From contig CAZCIB010000005.1 in NCBI GenBank assembly GCA_964498755.1, forward strand, positions 4,560-68,559: a DNA stretch of 64,000 bases, given 5' to 3'. The stretch comes from an uncultured Pseudobdellovibrionaceae bacterium (GTDB lineage: Bacteria > Pseudomonadota > Alphaproteobacteria > Micavibrionales > Micavibrionaceae). The translations under genes and the position numbers were made by a program. Below are positions 52,931-62,643 of the stretch, in pieces. The number at the start of each line of letters is the position of its first letter. Position 1 is the first letter of the stretch. The notes below the pieces were generated by a model that was not told the DNA's origin, did not search any database, and worked only from the letters and a program-made list of their open reading frames with translations.

Positions 52931-53836
52931 ATGACAAAGAAACTCGACGAAATACGGAACCAGATCGACGATCTCGATAACCGGATACATGATTTGCTCA
53001 TGGAGCGGGCGTCGCTGATCGGCGCAATTATCGATGAAAAGAAAAAAGGCAAGCTTCAGATCGTGCAGCCCGCAAGAGAAGCCGTTATGATCCGCCGCCT
53101 GCTTGGCCGGCATGAAGGAGACTTGCCAAAGGCCGCGATTGTGCGTATCTGGCGCGAGCTCGTCGGCGCGGTCACGTTGCTGCAAACGGGACTGAAAGTC
53201 GCCGTGACGGTGACCGATGAGCGCAGTATGCAGTTCTGGGACATGGCGCGGGATTATTTCGGCAGCGTGTTGCCGATGGTCAAGGTCAGTAATCCGCTGG
53301 CCGCTGTCGGCATGGTACGCGAGGGCGAGGCGACGTTCGCCGTTGTCCCCTGGCCGCAGGATGGCGCGGAAAATCCATGGTGGATATATCTGAACAGTCA
53401 GGAACAGAACGCGCCGCGCGTGGTTGTGCGTCTGCCATATGGAGACATAGAGGGAATTCCTACAGGCACGGAAAATATGGCGCTCATCGTATCGAATATT
53501 GCTTATGATGAAACCGGCGATGATATGAGCTTTCTGGCCCTTGAAATCGATCAGAGCGTCAGCCGCGCAAGAATTGTCGACAAGGCGAAAAAGGCTGGTC
53601 TCGTTCCCGTTTCCCTCAATTCCCGCAAATGCCCGAATCAGTCCATGCCCACGATGCATTTGCTTGAGGTGGAAGGGTATGTCGATTCGTCGGACAGCCG
53701 CCTTCAGGAAATACTGGCCGATCTTGAGGATCCTTACGGACGCATTGCATGTATCGGCGGGTATCCCAAGCCGCCAATATTTGAAAATCTTGGTAATAAA
53801 GTTGAAATTACTCACAAGCGCGTCGCGGCTGAATAA
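52931..53836 (+). CDS. Chorismate mutase-family protein with C-terminal extension domain
   Basis: N-terminal CM_2 domain: LDEIRNQIDDLDNRIHDLLMERASLIGAI...REAVMIRRL. Lies next to the prephenate/arogenate dehydrogenase gene. Confidence 0.7.
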   Translation: MTKKLDEIRNQIDDLDNRIHDLLMERASLIGAIIDEKKKGKLQIVQPAREAVMIRRLLGRHEGDLPKAAIVRIWRELVGAVTLLQTGLKVAVTVTDERSMQFWDMARDYFGSVLPMVKVSNPLAAVGMVREGEATFAVVPWPQDGAENPWWIYLNSQEQNAPRVVVRLPYGDIEGIPTGTENMALIVSNIAYDETGDDMSFLALEIDQSVSRARIVDKAKKAGLVPVSLNSRKCPNQSMPTMHLLEVEGYVDSSDSRLQEILADLEDPYGRIACIGGYPKPPIFENLGNKVEITHKRVAAE

Positions 53837-53838
53837 AA

Positions 53839-54804
53839 ATGCTCAAGCAAATTACGATTATCGGAATCGGCCTGATCGGCTCTTCGGTCGCACGGGCGGT
53901 AAAGCATCATAATCTTGCGGAAAAGCTCGTCTGCGCGGATGCGGACGAGGACGTCGTCTTGCGCGTGGAAAAGCTTGGCTTCGCGGATGATGCGACGCAA
54001 AATGCCTCAGAGGGCGTAAAGGATGCCGATCTTGTGATCCTCGCGACGCCGCTCGGCGCGTTTGGAAAAGTGACGCAGGAAATCGCGCCGCACATGAAAG
54101 CGGGAGCTGTTCTAACCGATACGGGCTCGGTTAAGCAGGACGCCATTAGCGCCATACAGCCTTTTGTCCCGGATCATGTCAGCTTCGTTCCTGGGCATCC
54201 GATAGCCGGAACGGAACAGTCCGGTCCTGAAGCGGGATTTTACGAGCTGTTCATCAACCGCTGGGCCGTTCTGACGCCCTTGCCGGATACGGACGCGCAG
54301 GCGCTCGGCAAAATGGTGCAGTTCTGGGAATCTTGCGGATCGCGCGTGGAAATCATGGATCCGCAGCGCCATGATCTCGTGCTGGCGATTACCTCGCATC
54401 TGCCGCATCTGATTGCGTATTCCATTGTGGGAACGGCAACCGACCTTGAGGAGCACCTGCATTCAGACGTGATCAAGTTTTCCGCCTCAGGTTTCCGCGA
54501 TTTTACGCGGATTGCGGCCTCGGACCCCGTTGTCTGGCGCGATATTTTCCTTGGCAATAACGAGGCTGTGCTGGAAGTTTTACAGCGTTTCAACGAGGAT
54601 CTGACCGCGCTGCAAAAAGCCATACGCTGGAAAGACGGGCGGACGCTTGAGAAATTTTTCACGCGTACGCGTCATATCCGGCGCGAGGTCATTGAGGCGG
54701 GGCAGGCGGATTACGTCTATCCGGATTCTTCCGGGGATATTCAAAGACAGGAAGGGACGCCACCTTTACCGGCCCTGCAAAGACCGTACTGTTCCGAAGA
54801 GTGA
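53839..54804 (+). CDS. tyrC: Prephenate/arogenate dehydrogenase family protein
   Basis: ITIIGIGLIGSS Rossmann motif, ...GHPIAGTEQSG..., ...SHLPHLIAY... Confidence 0.85.
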   Translation: MLKQITIIGIGLIGSSVARAVKHHNLAEKLVCADADEDVVLRVEKLGFADDATQNASEGVKDADLVILATPLGAFGKVTQEIAPHMKAGAVLTDTGSVKQDAISAIQPFVPDHVSFVPGHPIAGTEQSGPEAGFYELFINRWAVLTPLPDTDAQALGKMVQFWESCGSRVEIMDPQRHDLVLAITSHLPHLIAYSIVGTATDLEEHLHSDVIKFSASGFRDFTRIAASDPVVWRDIFLGNNEAVLEVLQRFNEDLTALQKAIRWKDGRTLEKFFTRTRHIRREVIEAGQADYVYPDSSGDIQRQEGTPPLPALQRPYCSEE

Positions 54805-55516
54805 TCGTCTGGTTCATGTAAAGTTCACCCGTTTCTTCATCGGTCTGGCTGGCGGCGGCGAGAATGGTGGAGAACAGCAGCGCCTGCTTTTTCTCTATAA
54901 CGCCCGCTTCCTGAAGCGTTTCGAAAAAGGCGAGGTGCCGTTCAAGCCGCACGTCAAGCTTACCCTCGGGCTGTAGGGCATTATTCAGAGAAAACGCGCC
55001 TTTGCCGCGCAGCTCAAGGTCTGGGCGTATAATCTGCAGGTCTTCGATTACAAGCTCCCCGCCGCTTGCCTGCCATTGCCTTAAGGATTCATGGGTCATG
55101 TCCGGCGGGATGTTTTCAGGTATTTGCGCCGACAACAATGCGGATTTAATCGTCCAGAGGCCTTTTTGATCCTGCGGTTCGGCAAGGCGCGCGCCTTTTG
55201 GCAGCTCGATGTCTATTGTCTGCCCGGGCAGGAAAAAGCCGGTCGCTTTTACTTGCGGAAAATCAATAACGACCCGCTCAAGCCATGACAGCCGCCCCGA
55301 CAAAGTGACTTCGTGCGGACCCGGAAAGCCGGAGATGTCAGGCTTTGTCCCTGTAAAGGCAATGTCCTTGTCTCCGCTCTGTTCGATAAAGGCGGTGACT
55401 TCCTTGCGGATTTCGTAGGCCATGTAAAACCAGAAGCCGCAATACGCCGTCCCGCCAAGGACGATGACGAAAGACAGAAGAACAAAGGCGATTTTAAGTT
55501 TTTTGAGCATCTTCAC
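54689..55516 (-). CDS. Membrane-anchored hypothetical protein (possibly DUF2125)
   Basis: 275 aa with an N-terminal transmembrane helix (IAFVLLSFVIVLGGTAYCGFWFY). First gene of a minus-strand run with plsC. Its 3' end overlaps tyrC by 116 bp. Confidence 0.5.
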   Translation of the reverse strand: MKMLKKLKIAFVLLSFVIVLGGTAYCGFWFYMAYEIRKEVTAFIEQSGDKDIAFTGTKPDISGFPGPHEVTLSGRLSWLERVVIDFPQVKATGFFLPGQTIDIELPKGARLAEPQDQKGLWTIKSALLSAQIPENIPPDMTHESLRQWQASGGELVIEDLQIIRPDLELRGKGAFSLNNALQPEGKLDVRLERHLAFFETLQEAGVIEKKQALLFSTILAAASQTDEETGELYMNQTITLRNSTVFAGPVKVASLPVFEYPRKNPDRRNPPAPPQ

Positions 55517-56255
55517 GTAACCTGCTTGAAGCTTTTTCCAGAACTGTTTCCACCTCTTTTAACACGTCTGCGGCGGGTCTGCCAGTCGCATGTATCGGCG
55601 GCAGGAATTCGAACACGCACACGCCGCCGCGTTTCATCCAACCTTCGCGCGGCCAGAACATTCCACTGTTTAAAGCCATGGGAACAATCGTCAGTCCCGT
55701 TTCTTCCTGAATGCGCGCGACGCCCATTTTGTATGGCTTGTCCTTCGTCGTTTGATATGTCCAGACGCGCGTGCCTTGGGGGAAGATTACAATCGCGCGG
55801 CCCTGTTCCTTGATGCGTTTTGCGCCGTCAATGACCTGGCGCATGGCTTCCTTGCCCTGCGAGCGGTCGATGGCGATGGGATCTATTCTGGCCAGGAAGT
55901 TCCCCCATATCGGGATATCCAGCAGCTCCTTTTTCAGCACGATCGCCGGATCGTCGAAAATGCGGTGGAGTTTCAGCGTTTCATAAGGAGACTGATGCTT
56001 GGCCGCGACGATATAGGCCCCATCTGGCGGGAGATGTTCAAGGCCGCGCACCTCTATATCCAGCCTCAGAATGAACTTCTCAAGAGCGTAAACAACGCCG
56101 ACATACCATTTGAGAATTTTCAGGGCCTGATCTCTTTTTACAAAAGGCAGGGCAGGCGTTAAAGCCACGCATGCAAGCGCGGTAAAGCCGTAGAACGCGA
56201 CGTTAAAAAGGCTCGCGCGTATGAATTCCAGCGCCGTATTCATTGATGATCCCAC
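55494..56255 (-). CDS. plsC: 1-acyl-sn-glycerol-3-phosphate acyltransferase (lysophospholipid acyltransferase family)
   Basis: 253 aa with AAKHQSPYET (HX4-type acyltransferase motif variant) and IFPQGTR. Confidence 0.75.
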   Translation of the reverse strand: MGSSMNTALEFIRASLFNVAFYGFTALACVALTPALPFVKRDQALKILKWYVGVVYALEKFILRLDIEVRGLEHLPPDGAYIVAAKHQSPYETLKLHRIFDDPAIVLKKELLDIPIWGNFLARIDPIAIDRSQGKEAMRQVIDGAKRIKEQGRAIVIFPQGTRVWTYQTTKDKPYKMGVARIQEETGLTIVPMALNSGMFWPREGWMKRGGVCVFEFLPPIHATGRPAADVLKEVETVLEKASSRLREDAQKT

Positions 56256-56794
56256 AGGCCTGATTTGATTAAAGCGTGCGTCGCGAGCAGTTTGTTGTAT
56301 TCGCGTAACAGCAGCCTCCAGTTCGCTTTTCCGCCGCGGTAAAGCAGATCCGTTTTAACCGGGTGCGTAATAATTTCAATATTGCCCGTAGCGTTCCACA
56401 ATTCCGCATAAGAGCGGCGCAGGTGATAGTCGGAAGTTACAAGCCTGACGCTCTTGACGTCTTTGCCATCAAGCCATTGCCTGGCCTGAATCGCGTTTTC
56501 ATGCGTGCTTGTCGCCATGTAATCCAGCGTTATGCAGCATTCAGGCAGGCTAAAGCTCTGCCCCTGATAGCGGGACAGGTTCTCGACCTTGAAAGACTTT
56601 ACGACGCTGGTGATGAAAAGCTCATTCGCGCGGCCTTCCGAGAACAGGGCAAGCCCCTCCGTGATCCGAGCCTTGTTGCCGGTAAAGACAATGATCGCGT
56701 CGGTTTTCTCCAGATGCGTTCCTGTTTGCAACGCAGCCGTATCGTAAACATACGCTGTGTAACCCAGCAGCCAGAGCGCGACGAGTCCGATCAT
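56240..56794 (-). CDS. YdcF/ElyC-like DUF218 protein
   Basis: 184 aa with an N-terminal transmembrane helix; DAIIVFTGNKARITEGLALFSEGRANELFITS and VTSDYHLRR are typical of DUF218. Confidence 0.7.
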   Translation of the reverse strand: MIGLVALWLLGYTAYVYDTAALQTGTHLEKTDAIIVFTGNKARITEGLALFSEGRANELFITSVVKSFKVENLSRYQGQSFSLPECCITLDYMATSTHENAIQARQWLDGKDVKSVRLVTSDYHLRRSYAELWNATGNIEIITHPVKTDLLYRGGKANWRLLLREYNKLLATHALIKSGLWDHQ

Positions 56795-56842
56795 GGTTTA
56801 AAACAGTCCTGTTTATTCGTGTATTCCGACATGGCTCTCTTT

Positions 56843-57784
56843 CTACGGCATCTGCGAAAGCGTTCTAAAAACCGTATGCCGTGCCGTGAGCGCCGCAATC
56901 CCGGCGGCGACCAGCGGCATCGTCATCAAAAGCGCAATATGAACAAGGCTGAGCGAAAGATCGGGGACAAGCTGGATATCGGCCTTGCCGCCCGCCCATC
57001 CGGTCAATGCCAGCGACGCCAGCGCCAGAACCGTCCCAATCGCCCCGCCTTTTGCCGCCAGCAGCATGGCGTGCCGCTGAAACTGCCCGGTGATATACTC
57101 ATCGCTCGCCCCCATCAGGTGCAGGAGCTCGACTTCCGCCTGATGCATGGCCATGCGCGAACGTACGGCGCCTGCAATGGCGGTAATTGTCGTCGCGCCA
57201 ATGACGACAGCGAGAATGAAGGCGGCGAGCTGGAGCGCGCTGGAAAAACGAATCAGGTCGCCAAGCCAGGCGTCATGCGTATCGATGCGCGAAACAGGGT
57301 CAATTGCCTCGATGCGTTCCGACAAGCCGTTGATAATTTTCTCTTCCGTTTTTTTCATTTCAACCTTTACAAGCCCCGGCACAGGCACGTCGGCAAAGTT
57401 CAGGTTTTCGCCGAGCCATGGCGATACAAGCGCCAGAACGTCCTCCTTGTTCAAAGCTTCAGCCGAGGTGACATGAGGGTGGTTTCCGAGAAGGCTGACA
57501 ATGCGCGTCGCAATGGCCTCGATCTCTTCAGGCCCGCGCGTTTCCTGATTTTCGCCGGATGCGGGAATTTCTATCGTCAGCTTGTTTTCAAGCCCGGAAG
57601 ACCAGCGTTCTGATAAGGCGCCAAGCGCCATGGAGGCCGACAGGGCCAGAATGGCCAGAAACGTCATAAGCGCAATAAGCAGGAGCAAAAAGCCCGTCCC
57701 GCTGTCCTTGTCAAGCGGGATATCGTAACGGCGCGGCTGCGCGCGCCCGACGGCTTTTGGTCTGGTCAGGAGACGGCGTATCAC
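56843..57784 (-). CDS. ftsX: Cell division permease-like protein FtsX
   Basis: 313 aa with four predicted transmembrane segments. Immediately downstream of ftsE, overlapping it by 4 nt. Confidence 0.85.
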   Translation of the reverse strand: MIRRLLTRPKAVGRAQPRRYDIPLDKDSGTGFLLLLIALMTFLAILALSASMALGALSERWSSGLENKLTIEIPASGENQETRGPEEIEAIATRIVSLLGNHPHVTSAEALNKEDVLALVSPWLGENLNFADVPVPGLVKVEMKKTEEKIINGLSERIEAIDPVSRIDTHDAWLGDLIRFSSALQLAAFILAVVIGATTITAIAGAVRSRMAMHQAEVELLHLMGASDEYITGQFQRHAMLLAAKGGAIGTVLALASLALTGWAGGKADIQLVPDLSLSLVHIALLMTMPLVAAGIAALTARHTVFRTLSQMP

Positions 57785-58479
57785 AGGACCCCCTCCATTT
57801 TCCTTTGTACCCAGTTTTTGGGCTCTTCAACATGCAGGCTGCCGGCATCCAAAATCATACGCTTGTGGGGGAATTTGTTCATCATAATCTCGTTGTGCGA
57901 AGCGATGACGATCGTCGTGCCCATGCGGTTGAGCTGCTCGAACAAATTCATCAGGCGAAAGCCGATTTCATCGTCGAGGTTCCCCGTCGGCTCGTCCGCC
58001 AGTAACAACCTTGGCCGCGTAATCACGGCGCGGGCGACGGCAATGCGCTGCTGCTGACCGCCCGACATGGTATCGGGCAGGGCATGCATATGATCGCCTA
58101 GGCCAACCCATTCCAGCAATTCCTCGACATTATTGCGGATTTCATTCTCCGGTCTGCCCGATATGCGCAAAGGCAGGGCAACGTTATCAAATGCCGATAT
58201 ATGCGTAAGCAAACGGAAATCCTGGAAGACGACGCCGATTCTGCGGCGTATCGCCGTTAACTGTCTGCGGCTGAGTTGCGCGATATTCTGGTCGAACATG
58301 CGCACGATCCCGCGCGTCGGCATCCGTCCCAGAAACAACAGCGACATCAGCGAGGTTTTTCCCGCGCCGCTGGGTCCGCTCAGGAAGTGAAAGGATCCCG
58401 GCTCCAGGTTAAAGGAAATATCGCTTAGAGCTTCCGGGCCGATGCCGTATCGCAGGCCGACATGTTCAAACGCGATCAT
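57781..58479 (-). CDS. ftsE: Cell division ATP-binding protein FtsE
   Basis: 232 aa ABC ATPase with GPSGAGKTS, LSGGQQQRIAVARA and LLLADEPTGNLD. Confidence 0.92.
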   Translation of the reverse strand: MIAFEHVGLRYGIGPEALSDISFNLEPGSFHFLSGPSGAGKTSLMSLLFLGRMPTRGIVRMFDQNIAQLSRRQLTAIRRRIGVVFQDFRLLTHISAFDNVALPLRISGRPENEIRNNVEELLEWVGLGDHMHALPDTMSGGQQQRIAVARAVITRPRLLLADEPTGNLDDEIGFRLMNLFEQLNRMGTTIVIASHNEIMMNKFPHKRMILDAGSLHVEEPKNWVQRKMEGVL

Positions 58480-59228
58480 GGCGTCTCCCCGCTGCCGCGT
58501 TCAACGTCGCGCGGCTTTTGCCGGTCCAGAATGAACTGGACCGTATCAGCCTTGATCGTTGGATTGTCAATCTGCGCCGCCGTTCGCGCGGCGTGCGCGT
58601 ATTTCCCCGTTTTGGCGAAAATCTTGGCGACGATCCGGTGCGCCTTGTTGCGGAAGGCGGGGTCGTCGACATGTCTGATGCTGGCGAGCGCAGCCTCGAT
58701 GTCTCCACGCTCGGCCTGTATTTCCGCGCTTTCGGCAAAAGCCTTGTTCCGCAGGGCGGCGTTTTCCATGGCGCGCGCCGTTTGGGTCGCCCCGGCGTCG
58801 TCACCGGCGAAGGCCTGCGACATCGCTATGTAAGTCAGGGCAATCGCGTAAGAGGCTTCATGCTCGATCTTTTCCGCTTCCTCTTTCAGGCGCGCAAATA
58901 GCGCGTCGCGCTCCTCGCCTGCCAGCCCGATATCGGACGCCGCCATGCCAATGCCGCGGATCGTCATCGCCCTTGTGTCGGGATTGCCGATCCGCGCGAT
59001 CAGGGAAATAGCTTCATCCGTGCGGCCCTCGAAAGCCAGCGTTTTGGCGTATTCGCGCAGAGCCTTGTCGCGCCACGGGGCATGATCGATTGCCGTAATA
59101 GTCTGCTCCAGCATGTCCAGTAAGCAGGTCCGTTCACCATTCGCGCAAGCCGCTGTTTCATCCGCTCTGGCGGACGGCATAGAAAGCAGGAGCGCGAGCG
59201 CAAAACAAAAAATCAGGCGTAAAGACAT
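58476..59228 (-). CDS. Hypothetical periplasmic helical-repeat protein
   Basis: Signal peptide MSLRLIFCFALALLLSMPSARA. Ala-rich TPR/HEAT-like repeats. 4-nt overlap with ftsE. Confidence 0.55.
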   Translation of the reverse strand: MSLRLIFCFALALLLSMPSARADETAACANGERTCLLDMLEQTITAIDHAPWRDKALREYAKTLAFEGRTDEAISLIARIGNPDTRAMTIRGIGMAASDIGLAGEERDALFARLKEEAEKIEHEASYAIALTYIAMSQAFAGDDAGATQTARAMENAALRNKAFAESAEIQAERGDIEAALASIRHVDDPAFRNKAHRIVAKIFAKTGKYAHAARTAAQIDNPTIKADTVQFILDRQKPRDVERGSGETP

Positions 59229-59304
59229 GCGAAAAGGGGACTCCGTATCGGAAAACTTTGGTATACAATAAAGAATTGATGTCATGTGTTGAAGCGTAAT
59301 TTTT

Positions 59305-60030
59305 ATGATCCTGACCTGTCCCGACTGCCAGACCCGCTATCTTCTTGACCGGCATATACTTGAGCCGGACGGACGGCTTGTGCGCTGCTCCGCCTGCGGA
59401 CATACATGGCGGCAACTGCCGGATGGCTCGGAAGAGGAACAGGATGGCGAAGCGGATGAAGCGGATATCCGCGAGATTCGTGAAGAGGAACGCTTTGAGG
59501 CGGATGAAGCGGCTCGCGATCCCATTCCCGACGCAGTTATCCCGGGCGCAGAGGATTACGCGAAACCGGATCTGGAAGACGAGAATATGCTCTTGCCGGT
59601 TCTCTCGGGGTTTGCCGCCTCCGTATTTTTGTTTCTGGCCTTTGCGAGCGCGCTGGTCGTTTCGCGTCAGGGCGTGGTGAACGGCTGGCCTGCCGCTTCG
59701 CTTTTATACGCGACGCTTGGCTTCGAAGTCAGGATGCCCGGCGACGGCCTGATCTTTGACCGCGTGAAAGCGGCGACCGGGCAAGATTCGGAAGGCAATG
59801 AAATCCTGTCAATTGAAGGGCGTATCATTAATCTGACCGGCGAAGAAATCGCTTTGCCGCGTGTTCAGGCGACTTTACTGGATCAGGACGCCGTACCGGT
59901 TGAGAGCTGGTCCGTGATGATTGAAGATAAATCCGTATCCCCCGAGCAATGGATTTCATTCGAAACCCGCCATAGCGCCGCAGACGGAGAGCAGGCGCGC
60001 GTCGGGTTTGTTTTTGAAGGGGCGGAGTGA
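59305..60030 (+). CDS. MJ0042-type zinc-ribbon protein with C-terminal DUF3426-like domain
   Basis: MILTCPDCQTRYLLDRHILEPDGRLVRCSACGHTW zinc ribbon, an acidic linker, one transmembrane helix and a C-terminal beta-rich domain. Confidence 0.75.
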   Translation: MILTCPDCQTRYLLDRHILEPDGRLVRCSACGHTWRQLPDGSEEEQDGEADEADIREIREEERFEADEAARDPIPDAVIPGAEDYAKPDLEDENMLLPVLSGFAASVFLFLAFASALVVSRQGVVNGWPAASLLYATLGFEVRMPGDGLIFDRVKAATGQDSEGNEILSIEGRIINLTGEEIALPRVQATLLDQDAVPVESWSVMIEDKSVSPEQWISFETRHSAADGEQARVGFVFEGAE

Positions 60031-60058
60031 TTTACTTCTCTCACTTCATTGCAGCTTG

Positions 60059-62617
60059 CTAAAACTGCCGCAGCAATCTTCTAAGATACTCAAGCTCAAT
60101 CTCGGGGCGGCTGAAATCCCCAGAGCGTTCGCGCAGAATTTTCATGATCTCCTCGATGCGCTTGCGCTCATGTTCTTCCGGAATTTCCACTGTCCCGAAA
60201 ATATCGCGCCCGTTGTCGGGTTCCCCGTCCCCGTCACTTCCGCGCGGGCGGCCCAGCGGGTCAAGCGACGCGCCGCCAAGACTAAGCAGCGTCATTTGGC
60301 GCATGCGGGCCATCATCTGCTGATTCATGTCTTCCATCGCGTCCTGTAAATGCGCGATCGCTTTTTCCTGATGCGGGATCGCGCCGCCGGGATTATTGCC
60401 CTTTAGCATGGCCGAAGACCCGCGCATTTCCTGTTCGGCCAGGCCCATATTTTCCGGCGCCTCTTTCATCTTTTCGCCTGCCTCGCGCATCAGTTGACCG
60501 AGTATAAGGCGTAAGGATTCCTGCTCCGTATAGCTGCCTTGCGTATTAATCGTATTCTGCGATTCCGTGTCTGGTGAAGGCGGTGGCAAGGCGCTATCAG
60601 GCTGTAACAGTCGCGGCGCGTTCGTATCCGGCGCCCACCATTCAGGGTATTTCTGGAGCTGGCTGCGCTGCGCGGCTTCGGCCTGCGAGCGGGATTTTTC
60701 CAGCAGAGCCTGTTGCTTTTCAATCAATTCCTGCAGCTCGTTAATGCCTTCCTGCATGAACTGCACGTCTTCGGGCAGCTTTCCGATTGCGGAAGGATCA
60801 AGCATCTCCGTCATGCGCTGGATTTGCGAGAGCATTTCAAGCGCGGACTCGCGGTTACCGGACAACGCCTCGGCGCGCAGTTTGTCCAGAAAAGAAGACA
60901 GCGCGCTCAAATCCAGCTCCCGCATGCCTTCAGTCGGCGGAATAAAGGGCAGGGGATCCCCGCTTTCCGCGCGTTTTTGCATCTCGCGCGCCATTTCCTG
61001 GAAGTATTGCGCGAGGGCCTGTTGCAGTTCCTGCATGGCCTGCGCGATTTCAGCGTCCGTGGCGTCGGGATCGGCCAGCGTTTTTTCGACATTGCGCTGC
61101 GCGTCCTCCAGCGTTCGCAGAGCCATTTCAAGCGATCCGCCGTCGAGGCGCATGGCCGTGTCCCAGAGCAGCTCAATAACGCTGAGAAGGCTCGCTTCAT
61201 TCTGTTGGTATCTCAGGCGCGACGCCGCCACGCGCGCGGACAGAAACGCAATCGGGTCGTCATTGAGGGATTCCGGCGTGTTTAAAAGCGCTTCCAGCCC
61301 CTCGATAATTTCCTTTTGCGCGGCGTAACCATTCCAGACAAGGCGTTTGCGCATCTCTATCAGCAGCTGCGCCGTCGGGTGCGAGAACTGGCGTTCCGGC
61401 AGGGTCATTTTGACCGTAACGGTTTCAGAAGCCTGTTTGACCGCGTCATATGCGGTAAAAGACAGGATAACGGGCAGGCCTGCCCATGTATGACGCGCCA
61501 GATCATAGACGGGGGATGTTTCGGTTTCTTCGCCCGCCGGACTCATAATCAAACGCCTGTCCGTCACAGGCCGGCCGCGCGGCGGCTCGCCGGCTTCCGG
61601 ATCGAGCGTCATGACAAGTTCAAGATCGCGGACGCCAAAATCGTCCCTGACCTTGAAGGGAATTTGAAAACGCCCCTGCGAAAGAAATTCCGTCTCGCCG
61701 TTCAAAGCCAGTTCCGGAACCGTATCTTCAACGTATTTATATGCGAGAACCGTATTCCGGATCAGCCCCTGCCGCACAGAGAGCTTTTCAGCGGGGCGGA
61801 TTTCGAACGCGAGGCTGTAATTGTTTTCATCAACCTGTTTAAAGGGCGTACGCTCGTCATTAACGCGCAAGACCGGATCGCCAAGACCGCCGCTGACAAG
61901 GATTTTGACGTTCGCGCCCTCGGGAATTTCGAGAGGTTCTTGCGTCAGGCTGCCCTGAATGACGGTTTCCGCAAGGCCTGTATATTCCGGCGGCGTAATC
62001 CTGAAGACGACGTTCGGCGGGAAGGCTTCCTCGAACTGAAACATATCGCCGCGGATTGGCAGGAGACCGCCGGAAAGCGCGCTGCTCCAGTACGGCCCCG
62101 CGACGATCAGCCCGCATATGAACAAAAGCGCGCAGAAATAACGCAGCGCGTAGGGATCTTTTCGCGTCAAATGCGCACGAGGCGCGTTAATCCTCGCCTT
62201 CTCGATCGCGCCGTGAAATTTTTGCGCGCGCAGCTCCCAGAGCGTACGCGTTTTTGAGGTCGAGGGATTGGAAAGACGGTCTTCTATGCTGCTGAACGGT
62301 CTGTGCGCAAGTCCGGAATCCGTTTCGATTCGCCGCCAGATTTCCACGCGTTCCGGTAACTTGAAATGACGAAAGTCCCGGCGCAGAAGAACTCCCAGCC
62401 CGAGAAGAAAGACGATAGCCGCGCCAATTTCAAATCCCTGTCCGAACAGGGCTGGCAATCCCAGCAGCCAAAGTCCGAAAAAGAACAGCGTCCAGCAGAC
62501 GGGACGCCACAGGGCTTTCGCCGCATTTTCTGCGAGAATTACCGCAAACGCTCGGCGTTCCTTGCCCTGAAGTCTGCGCCGCGCGTACGAAATGTGGCTA
62601 TCAAGATAAGGGTCCAT
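60059..62617 (-). CDS. TIGR02302/DUF4175-like large membrane protein (alphaproteobacterial low-complexity family)
   Basis: 852 aa with N-terminal transmembrane helices and a long coiled, Gln/Glu-rich C-terminal half. Position next to lysA matches my recollection of the TIGR02302 family. Confidence 0.6.
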   Translation of the reverse strand: MDPYLDSHISYARRRLQGKERRAFAVILAENAAKALWRPVCWTLFFFGLWLLGLPALFGQGFEIGAAIVFLLGLGVLLRRDFRHFKLPERVEIWRRIETDSGLAHRPFSSIEDRLSNPSTSKTRTLWELRAQKFHGAIEKARINAPRAHLTRKDPYALRYFCALLFICGLIVAGPYWSSALSGGLLPIRGDMFQFEEAFPPNVVFRITPPEYTGLAETVIQGSLTQEPLEIPEGANVKILVSGGLGDPVLRVNDERTPFKQVDENNYSLAFEIRPAEKLSVRQGLIRNTVLAYKYVEDTVPELALNGETEFLSQGRFQIPFKVRDDFGVRDLELVMTLDPEAGEPPRGRPVTDRRLIMSPAGEETETSPVYDLARHTWAGLPVILSFTAYDAVKQASETVTVKMTLPERQFSHPTAQLLIEMRKRLVWNGYAAQKEIIEGLEALLNTPESLNDDPIAFLSARVAASRLRYQQNEASLLSVIELLWDTAMRLDGGSLEMALRTLEDAQRNVEKTLADPDATDAEIAQAMQELQQALAQYFQEMAREMQKRAESGDPLPFIPPTEGMRELDLSALSSFLDKLRAEALSGNRESALEMLSQIQRMTEMLDPSAIGKLPEDVQFMQEGINELQELIEKQQALLEKSRSQAEAAQRSQLQKYPEWWAPDTNAPRLLQPDSALPPPSPDTESQNTINTQGSYTEQESLRLILGQLMREAGEKMKEAPENMGLAEQEMRGSSAMLKGNNPGGAIPHQEKAIAHLQDAMEDMNQQMMARMRQMTLLSLGGASLDPLGRPRGSDGDGEPDNGRDIFGTVEIPEEHERKRIEEIMKILRERSGDFSRPEIELEYLRRLLRQF

Positions 62618-62643
62618 CAGAATACAGATAATGCGTGGTCAGT

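Noticed and set aside
52904-53815. 303-aa minus-strand ORF
   Set aside because: It is antisense to the chorismate-mutase-family gene, whose CM_2 domain is recognisable on the plus strand.
56363-57613. 416-aa plus-strand ORF
   Set aside because: It is antisense to ydcF-like and ftsX. The Arg-rich translation is typical of shadow ORFs.
61316-62257. 313-aa plus-strand ORF (plus 60567-61328 and 60713-61285)
   Set aside because: They are antisense to the 852-aa TIGR02302-like gene, which is one uninterrupted frame with transmembrane helices.
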